DNA of 34,105 bases from an uncultured Nitrososphaerota archaeon (GTDB taxonomy: Archaea > Asgardarchaeota > Njordarchaeia > Njordarchaeales > Panguiarchaeaceae). A model generated the notes under the pieces. The model had not been told where the DNA came from. It was given only the letters and a program-made list of their open reading frames with translations, and made no database searches. Both the position numbers and the translations under genes were made by a program. Below are positions 1-8,444 of this stretch, in pieces; the first letter of the stretch is position 1; each line of letters opens with the position of its first letter. The stretch is from positions 1-34,105 of the forward strand of contig CAZWPQ010000024.1 in assembly GCA_964636085.1 (NCBI GenBank). The letters run 5' to 3'.

Positions 1-223
1 GTATATTCTTGGTTGGATTTAAAAATTTTTTCTTTTTCTGTGATTTTTTCTTTTTTGTGTGTCCTTTTTTCTTTGCTCAAGAAGTATTATTCCAATCTGG
101 GCTTATAAGTGTTGTTGTGTAGTTTATTCGTTTGCGATACATCATCATTGTTTTATGAGAAGTTATAGGTGTGGAATTAAAAGGTTTTAATATTTTTTTA
201 TTTGGGATTCGTAGGGGTAATGT

Positions 224-727
224 ATGAGTGAGGACGAATCGTTGGGTTTTTTCGATAAGATCAAAAGATTTTTCGACAAAATATTTAGGATCGGGGAGAA
301 TGATATAGTTATTCTTATTGATGGGCCAAATACTCTTAGAAAAATCGATGGGAAGCGTGTATCCTTGAAGAATATTTTGGAGGAATCCAAGAAATATGGC
401 AGGATTCGTGCCGCCAAGGCCGTTATAACTACTGATGCTCCCTCCTCACTTGTCAAAGCATTGCAAACTAGTGGTTTTGAGATAATACTGGCTAAGGAGG
501 AAAACATATATGTAACTTTAGCTGTCGAAACAATAAAGGCCATATATGAGTATCAGCCCGATATTATTGTTGTTGTTAGTAGAGATAGCAGATGTCTTCC
601 AATAGTTCACAGGATCAAAGAAAGAGGAATAAAAGCTTTCGTTGCTGGATTCCAACCTGGCTTCTCTACTGCACTTAAAAATGCGGCAGATGAAGTAATT
701 ACATTAGAGCTTCAGGGGGAGCAGTGA
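224..727 (+). CDS. NYN/LabA-like (PIN-fold) domain protein, TIGR00288-like
   Basis: ILIDGPN, VVSRDS and FSTALKNAAD motifs typical of archaeal NYN proteins; some acidic catalytic positions are substituted. Confidence 0.8.
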   Translation: MSEDESLGFFDKIKRFFDKIFRIGENDIVILIDGPNTLRKIDGKRVSLKNILEESKKYGRIRAAKAVITTDAPSSLVKALQTSGFEIILAKEENIYVTLAVETIKAIYEYQPDIIVVVSRDSRCLPIVHRIKERGIKAFVAGFQPGFSTALKNAADEVITLELQGEQ

Positions 728-733
728 GTTAAA

Positions 734-1123
734 TTGACAGCGGGAGATAAACTATTTGCATATGGTATCTCTCTAGTTTTGCAGGGATGCATACTCTATG
801 GGTTATCTCCCTGGATATATTTTCCCACGTTAGATGCGATATTTTGTGGCATTATACTATGCCTCGCGGCGTTGAGTCTTGCCTATCCCATTTATACCTT
901 AGCGTCATATATAAGGGATAGAATCGTAATAAGGAGCCCATTGGAACCATTACTGCTCTCTGTTAGTATACTTGTACCATTGTACATGATTATGGTACAT
1001 GGACTTATAAGGGTTCTAATACCCTATGTCTTCGATAAGATAGATATACTAGAGTTATACACACTCGCCACAATAATTCCCACAATCATTATCATTGTTT
1101 CGATTTATATTGTGAGCTCATAA
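734..1123 (+). CDS. Hypothetical membrane protein with about 4 TM helices
   Basis: Four hydrophobic segments; TTG start 6 nt after the NYN gene stop. Confidence 0.7.
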   Translation: MTAGDKLFAYGISLVLQGCILYGLSPWIYFPTLDAIFCGIILCLAALSLAYPIYTLASYIRDRIVIRSPLEPLLLSVSILVPLYMIMVHGLIRVLIPYVFDKIDILELYTLATIIPTIIIIVSIYIVSS

Positions 1124-1151
1124 TAATAAATTAGTACAGTGGTGATGATGA

Positions 1152-1403
1152 ATGAATATACGGAATTATAGGATAACAGCTAAGTATAACATACAACATA
1201 AAGAGATGGTTTTCCAGAAGGACATAAGAGCCTTGGACAAAAAAAGAGCCCTAGAAAAATTCTACAGTATACTCGGATCTCAGAAGATCAAAAGAAGCCA
1301 AATTAGAATTATCGAAATCAAAGAAATCCAACCCGATGAAATCAAAAGCAGAAAACTGCAAAAGATCGCTCTCAGCGACAATCCAGCTTTATACGTTGAG
1401 TAG
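1152..1403 (+). CDS. rpl18a: 50S ribosomal protein eL20 (LX/L18Ae)
   Basis: FQKDIRA...ALEKFYSILGSQKIKRSQIRIIEIKEI signature; GGTGA SD upstream. Confidence 0.9.
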   Translation: MNIRNYRITAKYNIQHKEMVFQKDIRALDKKRALEKFYSILGSQKIKRSQIRIIEIKEIQPDEIKSRKLQKIALSDNPALYVE

Positions 1404-1405
1404 AT

Positions 1406-1855
1406 ATGCAAAGAAAAACACTAAGTAAACAAGAAATAAGAAGAGTACTCCAAGAAAAAATCGCACGATACTTGAATCTACAACAAACAGTAAGGGCCTA
1501 TCAGCTTGTCTATGAGGTTCAGCGGAACCAATTAGAAGAACTTCTAGTCACAAAGGATGCGCTAAAAAACATCAAGAAAAACAACATTCGACGCCTTGAA
1601 GGATTTACTTCACTGGGATCTGGAGTTTTTATATATGTATGCGGAGATATTGGTGAAAAAATATTAGTGAATGTTGGAGCAAACATAGGAGTCTACATGC
1701 CTATAGACGAGGCAATAAGTGTATTAGAAAGTAGAGAAGAAAAACTTAAAAGCAACATCGAGAACACGGCAAGAACACTACATGAGCTCATAACAATTAT
1801 GACAAAACTTGAGCAAGAAATCGCAGCCCTTCAGCAATACCTCTCAACGGTTTAG
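1406..1855 (+). CDS. pfdA: Prefoldin subunit alpha
   Basis: Coiled coil, then beta-hairpins (SLGSGVFI; ILVNVGANI), then coiled coil; conserved adjacency to eL20. Confidence 0.9.
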   Translation: MQRKTLSKQEIRRVLQEKIARYLNLQQTVRAYQLVYEVQRNQLEELLVTKDALKNIKKNNIRRLEGFTSLGSGVFIYVCGDIGEKILVNVGANIGVYMPIDEAISVLESREEKLKSNIENTARTLHELITIMTKLEQEIAALQQYLSTV

Positions 1856-1947
1856 CGGACATAAAATACAACTAAAGATTTAAAAGCACCTAATTGATCT
1901 AATAAGATATTAGAAGGAGGACACCATCTAGTAGCGGGCTCAGACAC

Positions 1948-2041
1948 GCCGGGGTTCACGAGCTAGGTACGTGGCCTGCCTGGAGCATACCAGATAGCAG
2001 GTGGCGGTTCCGCCTCGCGGGTTCAAGTCCCGCCCCCGGCA
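1948..2041 (+). tRNA. tRNA-Ser(GGA) with a 10-nt intron at 37/38 (1986-1995)
   Basis: Acceptor GCCGGGG/CCCCGGC; anticodon stem CCTGC/GCAGG; loop CT-GGA-G|intron|A; long variable arm GGCG-GTTC-CGCC; T-arm GCGGG-TTCAAGT-CCCGC. Confidence 0.9.
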
Positions 2042-2076
2042 CTATTTCTAACAAATTTGCGATGTAGGTGAAGTAA

Positions 2077-4098
2077 ATGGAGAAAATTGCCGATGATAGA
2101 CTATCATCGTTGGATTTGATGGTCCTAGTGGACAATTATAAAAGGCTGTTGGTTGGATCATACATCGCGAATGTATATGGATATAGGGATCTGATAGCTA
2201 TAAAATTGAGGGGCATCTCAGGTAGGAGATTTCTTCTGCTGGAGCCCTCTATTCGTGTTAATCTAACCAACAGGATTTATGAATGGGAACACAGCAACCT
2301 CGTGGGAATTCTTAGAAGACATCTCAAAAATAGGAAAATTATTGACGTTAATCAATACAAGTTTGACAGGATCATTAGGATTGATCTCACAGATGAGTAT
2401 TCGCTCATCTGTGAGGTAATACCCAGGGGCGCACTCATACTCACGAGACAAAACGAAATTATTGCCGCAAGTTCATATAGAAAAATGAGAGACAGAGAGA
2501 TTGCACCTCGTGTGAAATATGTTTATCCGCCAAATCCTCCCGAGCCTATTGTGGATATACCCTTCGACACATTTAGGGTTACGATTTCCAAATGTAAGGA
2601 TTTGCGTAGAGGCTTAATGGCATTGGGTCTTGGGCACAAATATTCCTTGGAAATATGTCTTCGCGCTGGTCTGAGTCCCGGTTCTGATGTGCCTAAGATA
2701 TCCGAATCCGAACTCGAAATTCTCTATAATACCCTAAGGGATTTAATAAGAGAGGCTCTAAAAAGCAAGAGAGGCTACATCTATTATGGCGGTGGAAAGC
2801 CACTATTTTTCTCCCCAATTAGACTAAGGATTGGAGATAAATATAGCCTTAAGGAATTTGATGACTTCGATGAAGCTATTGATGAATTCTTTATGCAGAA
2901 AAAGTCAATAATACAGACTAAGGAGTTACTAGATCTGATGCAACGCCGAGAAAAACTTAGTTTAATGGTGAAGCACCAAGAGAATGCAATAGAAAAACTT
3001 AAGACGAAAATAGCAAAACTTAAAGCCACTATAGAGGCTATCTACAATAATTATCGCTCAATAGAATTTATTTTAGGCACAATCAGAACCGCAAAAGATG
3101 ACCATGGATTATCATGGGAAGAAATAAGAGCTAGGATTCCCATAATCATGAATCAAGTTAAAAATGGGGACATCACCATACAGAACATAGGTAGCGATGG
3201 AACAATAACCCTAAGGCTGGGCGCTTTAACACTATCAACGAACTATAGGGCAACCGTCAACTCCATTGCGGGAGAGATCTTTGAAAAAATTAAGAAGCTA
3301 GAGAGAAAGCTCATAGGCGCAAAAGAAGCTCTTGAAAAAACAAAACATGAATTAGCTCGCTTGGAGAGCACCAAACTAGAGATCATAAGGGATATCTCAT
3401 TCACAATAGTCGAACCCAAGAGAGAGTGGTATCACGGATTTCGATGGTTCATAACACCTAACAATTTTCTTGTCGTTGGAGGAAAAGATGCACAAACTAA
3501 TGATTCCCTACTCAGAAAGTATCTAGACAACAATGACATAATTCTACACGCCGAGGTGATAGGAGGCTCCGTGGTCCTCATTAAAGGTGGCCTAAAAAAA
3601 GTTTCTAGTGATGACCTCAACCAAGCAGCCATCTTTGCCGCGTCGTATTCTAGAGCATGGAACATAGGCCTAAGCGGAGTAGATGTATTTATTACGTATC
3701 CCCAACACATCAGTCTTCATCCACCATCAGGAACTTATCTAAAGAAAGGATCCTTCATTGTTAGGAAAAAAGAGGTCATAAAAAACGTTGAGCTAGAACT
3801 GGCGATAGGGCTAAAATTGCTAAAGAAAGATAGTTCCGTCTCCACAATACTAGTGAGCGCTCCAAAAGGAAGTATCAGGAAAAATGCCGATTTCTATATT
3901 GTTATTAGGCCAGGACGTGGCGACAAAAATATAATCGCTAAAAAAATTAGACAATATTTTATTGAGTGGTTAAGCAAAAGACTTCCAAAAAGAATCGCAG
4001 AAAAACTTGTTAAGTATGAAAAAATCGCAGAATTGCTTCCTGGACCCTCAGAAATCGTTCAGATTTGTCAGGGGGGCATTAGATGCCTAGAATTATAG
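2077..4098 (+). CDS. rqcH: Ribosome quality-control factor Rqc2/NEMF/RqcH (NFACT family)
   Basis: NFACT-N (FDRII), HhH, coiled coils, NFACT-R (WYHGFRWF..GGKDAQTND, HAEVIGGS, KKGSFIV). Confidence 0.92.
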   Translation: MEKIADDRLSSLDLMVLVDNYKRLLVGSYIANVYGYRDLIAIKLRGISGRRFLLLEPSIRVNLTNRIYEWEHSNLVGILRRHLKNRKIIDVNQYKFDRIIRIDLTDEYSLICEVIPRGALILTRQNEIIAASSYRKMRDREIAPRVKYVYPPNPPEPIVDIPFDTFRVTISKCKDLRRGLMALGLGHKYSLEICLRAGLSPGSDVPKISESELEILYNTLRDLIREALKSKRGYIYYGGGKPLFFSPIRLRIGDKYSLKEFDDFDEAIDEFFMQKKSIIQTKELLDLMQRREKLSLMVKHQENAIEKLKTKIAKLKATIEAIYNNYRSIEFILGTIRTAKDDHGLSWEEIRARIPIIMNQVKNGDITIQNIGSDGTITLRLGALTLSTNYRATVNSIAGEIFEKIKKLERKLIGAKEALEKTKHELARLESTKLEIIRDISFTIVEPKREWYHGFRWFITPNNFLVVGGKDAQTNDSLLRKYLDNNDIILHAEVIGGSVVLIKGGLKKVSSDDLNQAAIFAASYSRAWNIGLSGVDVFITYPQHISLHPPSGTYLKKGSFIVRKKEVIKNVELELAIGLKLLKKDSSVSTILVSAPKGSIRKNADFYIVIRPGRGDKNIIAKKIRQYFIEWLSKRLPKRIAEKLVKYEKIAELLPGPSEIVQICQGGIRCLEL

Positions 4099-4742
4099 AA
4101 TTTAATGACAAAGCCACCAGAATATTGGCTAGGGAACTAGCAGAGTACATATTAGATGGCAAGATCGTCATAATACCTACAGATACATGCTATGGTATGG
4201 CCGCTGATGCAACAAACTTTCAGGCCGTCAAAAAAGTATTTAAAATTAAGAGGAGGCCACTAAGCAAACCGATTTCCATATTCCTCGACGACATAGCCAC
4301 TATACCAAAATACGCCCTAATTGATGGCATTGCAAGCCAGTTAATCAACCTGTTTCCTGATAGAATAACAATAATCTTCAGGGCTAAAAAAACAAATGTT
4401 GTCCAAGATCTCATAGTGAAAAATATGACTATTGGAATAAGAATTCCCCCATTTAGTTTTCCAAGGTTAATAGTTAGATCCTTAGGTAGGCCCATAACGG
4501 CCACATCTGCAAACATTCATGGCAAGAAACCGATATATGACATCTCAAAACTATTTTGCCTAGAGGGAGTAGACATCATAGTTGACTATGGAATACTAGA
4601 CGCCGTGAATGTATCTACAGTTATTGATATTACTAGTGATAATAAAATAAGGATACTTAGAGAGGGAGCAATAAGCGTTAATGAGTTGAGGAAAAGAATT
4701 GACATGCTACTTGACAATTACCAGCTCATAATTACCCAATAA
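4083..4742 (+). CDS. tsaC: L-threonylcarbamoyladenylate synthase (TsaC/YrdC domain only)
   Basis: PTDTCYG, KIKRRPLSKP, TATSANIHG, STVID and ILREGAI motifs. Confidence 0.92.
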   Translation: MPRIIEFNDKATRILARELAEYILDGKIVIIPTDTCYGMAADATNFQAVKKVFKIKRRPLSKPISIFLDDIATIPKYALIDGIASQLINLFPDRITIIFRAKKTNVVQDLIVKNMTIGIRIPPFSFPRLIVRSLGRPITATSANIHGKKPIYDISKLFCLEGVDIIVDYGILDAVNVSTVIDITSDNKIRILREGAISVNELRKRIDMLLDNYQLIITQ

Positions 4743-5003
4743 AATTTGGCCTGGAGGGGGCGTCTTGAAGAAAGCCCTAACTGCATTTTTACCATGTCTC
4801 CTATAGATTCTGCCTCTAAATGTTTTATCTCTCCACCTAATCTCAACTACCCTACCAATTAAATCATCAGGCTTGACCCCCTCGGGAAGATCAAATCTGA
4901 GTATTAGCTGCCTCCACCGCGGATTCCTACCCTTTGAGCCTATCCTAAAATTGACCACTACACCTTTCAAACCTATTATTTTGTTAATATTGCCCTCCCC
5001 CAT
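4707..5003 (-). CDS. rpl35ae: 50S ribosomal protein eL33 (L35Ae)
   Basis: KGVVVNFRIG...GRIYRRHGKNAVRAFFKTPPPGQ. Confidence 0.9.
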   Translation of the reverse strand: MGEGNINKIIGLKGVVVNFRIGSKGRNPRWRQLILRFDLPEGVKPDDLIGRVVEIRWRDKTFRGRIYRRHGKNAVRAFFKTPPPGQILLGNYELVIVK

Positions 5004-5399
5004 CTATGACTCCCCTTCTATCAACACGGCATTTACCACACCATCCTGCCCTGGACGTGATGTGACTTTAGCCAAACCTATTTCAGTCTCGATAACAGCC
5101 CCCTTTGTAATTATGCCTCGCCTCTTAAATTCTCTGTTTGCAAGATTTTCTGCAACCCTCAAAACCTTAACTTTCTTGTAAACATTCTGAGATTTAATCA
5201 ACACATTGGCATAAGCAACTTCAAGAAGCCTAATTTTCTTGCCACCACCTTTCACTCTTATTATTTTTCTTCTATCCTCGGCACCTATCGAGGTATATGT
5301 CGGGGGTCTTCCTATATGGCACTTTTTCTTGTGTTTTCTGTGGGGCCTCTTTTTTCCACCAGAAGGCTTGCGTTTTACTGGTTTATGATAAACACTCAT
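5004..5399 (-). CDS. rps8e: 30S ribosomal protein eS8
   Basis: KRKPSGGK...IGRPP...[34 protein letters not shown]; start moved to the ATG after the GGTGA SD. Confidence 0.95.
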   Translation of the reverse strand: MSVYHKPVKRKPSGGKKRPHRKHKKKCHIGRPPTYTSIGAEDRRKIIRVKGGGKKIRLLEVAYANVLIKSQNVYKKVKVLRVAENLANREFKRRGIITKGAVIETEIGLAKVTSRPGQDGVVNAVLIEGES

Positions 5400-5411
5400 T
5401 TTATTCACCAA

Positions 5412-5594
5412 CTATTTCTTCCCAACTTTTATCTTCTTGTACCTAAGCCGGGTAGATCTGCAACGTCTACATTGCTTAGCAGCCAAGGAGTTTCTGGCAT
5501 TACATCTCATACATACCTTGTATCCCAAAACTCTCTTCAACACAACCTCGGTGGCGATTGGGTCTTGAAGCCTAATCTTAGAGCTCAAAGCCAA
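5412..5594 (-). CDS. rpl40e: 50S ribosomal protein eL40
   Basis: [10 protein letters not shown]...[10 protein letters not shown] zinc ribbon; no ubiquitin fusion. Confidence 0.93.
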   Translation of the reverse strand: MALSSKIRLQDPIATEVVLKRVLGYKVCMRCNARNSLAAKQCRRCRSTRLRYKKIKVGKK

Positions 5595-5649
5595 ACCCCA
5601 TATAAAACCTATTTTTGATTGACATATTCCATATTAAAAGATATACAAT

Positions 5650-6432
5650 TTACCTAACTACTAGTAACCTTGTAAAATCGGTCTCTGTCACAATTCCCGT
5701 AAGACGTCTATTATGTATAACGGGTGATCCCTTCGCCCTCTTGCGAACTAAAAGTTGGGCAGTTTCTTCCAATGATTGGTTTTCTGAAACGAAATGTGGT
5801 GCCTTCATCGCATCACTTACAGTTGTCTCCTCTAAGAATTTATCGAAATGTTTGATGTCTTTCTTTAGATATGCCCGGACTATGAAAAATGACAATATTC
5901 TTGCATCTAGATAACCCACCAATTCACCCTCATCAACAACTGGCAATGTGGATATTTTTCTGTTTCGCAACATCCACTCTGCATATTTAATAGAGGTTCC
6001 CGGATGGATAACTAGGGGCTTTTGGGACATTATCTCGGCCACTTGCAATTTCTCTGAAAATAGTTTGTCCCAATGTTGCAATATGTCTCTCTTCGTTATT
6101 ATTCTAATCTCCTCGATATCGGTTATGTCTTTTCCAACAATTAGTGAGCTTATCCCCTTATCTATCATTATTGATGCAGCATGACTTATTTTTGTCTCTG
6201 GATCCACAATTAGAGGATTAGGGGTCATAATTGCTGAAACATATAATTTTCCAGCCCTAGGAGTACCCCACCTCATTCTATCCAGGACTATTCTTAATAA
6301 ATCCTTCACAGAGACTATCCCAACAACCTTCCCCTCATCGGTTACAACTACATGAGTATCCTTCTTTCGCTCCAACAATTCAAAGGCCCTCGCTATATTC
6401 TCGTCTTTATCTACGATTTGTGGTTCACGCAT
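5650..6432 (-). CDS. Tandem CBS-domain protein (4 CBS)
   Basis: Repeated CBS motifs (VVGIVSVKDLL, LPVVDEGELVG, LTGIVTETDF); ATG after GTGGGGA. Confidence 0.88.
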   Translation of the reverse strand: MREPQIVDKDENIARAFELLERKKDTHVVVTDEGKVVGIVSVKDLLRIVLDRMRWGTPRAGKLYVSAIMTPNPLIVDPETKISHAASIMIDKGISSLIVGKDITDIEEIRIITKRDILQHWDKLFSEKLQVAEIMSQKPLVIHPGTSIKYAEWMLRNRKISTLPVVDEGELVGYLDARILSFFIVRAYLKKDIKHFDKFLEETTVSDAMKAPHFVSENQSLEETAQLLVRKRAKGSPVIHNRRLTGIVTETDFTRLLVVR

Positions 6433-6486
6433 AATATCCCCACATATCATTATGACTCACCCAGAACCACATAATTGATAACCCTA

Positions 6487-6768
6487 TTAGGAAAATAAAT
6501 TATAAACAAAAGCCCAAAATGCTATTATATTCATAATATAGCTGAATGTGCCATACCACAACACAAGCTTTATTATTGGTTCCCTTAAGTTAAACACTAG
6601 CCTAGACATAATGACTATGCATGCCATCACGGATAATAATATCGCTATTGCCAAGTGTATATGCGGATTAATAAATCCAAAGACAATACCCAAAGCAACC
6701 CCGGATACAACCTTTAAAGTGTAGAACCAAAATACCTTCCTCTCTTTTTTCGTAGCCGATGATTGCAT
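6487..6768 (-). CDS. EMC6/Rab5ip-like 3-TM membrane protein
   Basis: Three TM helices; C-terminal GTFSYIMNIIAFWAFVYNL resembles the EMC6 G..tY..fWt..Y motif. Confidence 0.65.
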   Translation of the reverse strand: MQSSATKKERKVFWFYTLKVVSGVALGIVFGFINPHIHLAIAILLSVMACIVIMSRLVFNLREPIIKLVLWYGTFSYIMNIIAFWAFVYNLFS

Positions 6769-6934
6769 TTTTAACAGCACCGATTATAATGACTCCTACT
6801 TTATCATAAATATCAATTTAAATAGCCTTATCACAATTTGTCAAGACCGATATGCAAAAAAGTGTCTAGCAATGTGTATTTTATAAGGAAAATAAAAAGT
6901 ATGACTATAAGGAATTACATAATTGGTGCACAAG

Positions 6935-7522
6935 ATGAGTGCACAACTTATCAGAATAAAACTAGTGCTGATCGGAGAAGGAGCCGTAGGCAAAACTTCG
7001 ATTGCTAGAGCATACCTAGGAAAGACCTTTATCCACGGATATAAGGCAACTGTTGGAGCCGACTTTTATGTCAAACGAGACGTATTTAATGATCCGGTAC
7101 TTGGTAATGTTTCATGCGAATTCCTAATCTGGGATCTAGCAGGACAACCACAATTCTCCCAGGTTCGCCCTCTATACTATAGGGGAGCGCGGGCCGCCAT
7201 TGCTGTATTCGACTTAACGAGAAAAGAAACTTTCCTAGCACTACCAAACTGGATAAATGAATTCTGGAAAAATGCGGGCGGAGCATGGCCATTAATCCTA
7301 GTGGGAAATAAAGCTGACTTAAGAGGACAGCGACCATGCTTGCCCGCTGAAGTTGGGAGAAAATATGCTGAACGGTTAACATCAGTACTGGGCATACCGA
7401 TTCCCTATGTCGAGACATCAGCATTGACTAGCTACAATATTAGGGAGGCATTTCATCAATTAGTCATAACCCTCCTAGCATTTTATAGAAGAAAATACCT
7501 TAAGAGATTGAGAAGACAATAA
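6935..7522 (+). CDS. Rab-like small GTPase (Ras superfamily)
   Basis: G1 GEGAVGKT, G2 YKATVGADF, G3 WDLAGQ, YYRGA, G4 NKAD, G5 ETSA. Confidence 0.92.
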   Translation: MSAQLIRIKLVLIGEGAVGKTSIARAYLGKTFIHGYKATVGADFYVKRDVFNDPVLGNVSCEFLIWDLAGQPQFSQVRPLYYRGARAAIAVFDLTRKETFLALPNWINEFWKNAGGAWPLILVGNKADLRGQRPCLPAEVGRKYAERLTSVLGIPIPYVETSALTSYNIREAFHQLVITLLAFYRRKYLKRLRRQ

Positions 7523-7584
7523 TTTATTTTGGGGTAAGATAAGCAAAGCTCATTTTTCTTAGCTATTTGAGTCCGAAAAAGTCT

Positions 7585-8316
7585 TCAGAAATATACCCCC
7601 CTCTCTCTAAACATCCTTTTTATGATCGGGTCGCGGTCTTTTAGCTCAATTATTTTCTTCTGGATACTTTCATACGGCGAGAGTTTTATGGATATGTATA
7701 CCCCCGTTCTGCCGATACTATCTCTTTTCATGAGCATAATCTTCCTTTCCTCTATTATTTCTGGACATATCGATAAAATCCTCGCCACCTCCGACTCTCT
7801 CCCTATTACTGAAAACTCTATATGGCCCGTACTTGTTGGTTTTATCAGACATAATCTCTTATCAATCCCGGGGACACGAACTCTGAAATTCTTTGCATTG
7901 GGTAATGCTATTATTCCGCCAAATCTATAGAAATCTAGCTCTAGCTTTGTTAACGGAACTACGGGAACCACAACATCAATGTTATTTTCGATATGAAATA
8001 TGACCTTCATTGCAGCTTTTGGTGTGGCTTGCACGATTTCTTTCTCCTCGACATTATATCTTTGCGACAATAAAACATCAACCAGGGATAATAGATTATA
8101 CTCCAATATCACGATCTCTATGTCCGAATATATATGTACATCGCCTCTCGCAACACTACCAAATATATAACCACGTATGCCTTGGCTATATAGGTATTCT
8201 AAAACAGAGACACCTAACTCTCTTTTATTTTTTAGAATGCCCCATTGATATTCACTATAAACCACCTCTCTCTCGATATATTTCTCAACACGCGTTCTTC
8301 TCACAACCGACACCAT
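7585..8316 (-). CDS. Archaeal Pol-beta-family nucleotidyltransferase (COG2413-like)
   Basis: GSVARGDVHIYSDIE, VQATP, FYRFGG, RVPGIDKRL and GRTGVY motifs. Confidence 0.85.
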   Translation of the reverse strand: MVSVVRRTRVEKYIEREVVYSEYQWGILKNKRELGVSVLEYLYSQGIRGYIFGSVARGDVHIYSDIEIVILEYNLLSLVDVLLSQRYNVEEKEIVQATPKAAMKVIFHIENNIDVVVPVVPLTKLELDFYRFGGIIALPNAKNFRVRVPGIDKRLCLIKPTSTGHIEFSVIGRESEVARILSICPEIIEERKIMLMKRDSIGRTGVYISIKLSPYESIQKKIIELKDRDPIIKRMFRERGVYF

Positions 8317-8376
8317 ATGTCAGAAGGGCTACAGTTCTTCATTATTAAATCCGTAACGCCCAGATTCATCATCCAG
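8317..8376 (-). ncRNA. Box C/D 2'-O-methylation guide sRNA
   Basis: Minus strand reads C ATGATGA (8372-8366), 12-nt guide, D' CGGA, 7-nt loop, C' ATGAAGA, 12-nt guide, D CTGA (8323-8320). Confidence 0.85.
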
Positions 8377-8444
8377 TAGCATCTAAACCTACATATTCTC
8401 TCCATAATATACTATATTATAAAGCTCTCCATAATATTTATATC

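Noticed and set aside
1-186. T-rich segment with a minus-strand ATGATGA (142-148) and a 23-codon ORF
   Set aside because: No properly spaced D', C' or D boxes; the ORF is tiny and unrecognisable; looks like terminator or promoter spacer, and upstream context is missing
1898-1914. Inverted repeat TCTAATA-aga-TATTAGA upstream of tRNA-Ser
   Set aside because: Short and AT-rich; expected by chance
4707-4742. Convergent 3' overlaps (tsaC/eL33, 36 nt; also wHTH/pyrH, 23 nt at 32105-32127)
   Set aside because: Ordinary for compact archaeal genomes
5412-5594. Possible ubiquitin-eL40 fusion as in eukaryotes
   Set aside because: Only a short N-terminal extension; no room or sequence for a ubiquitin fold
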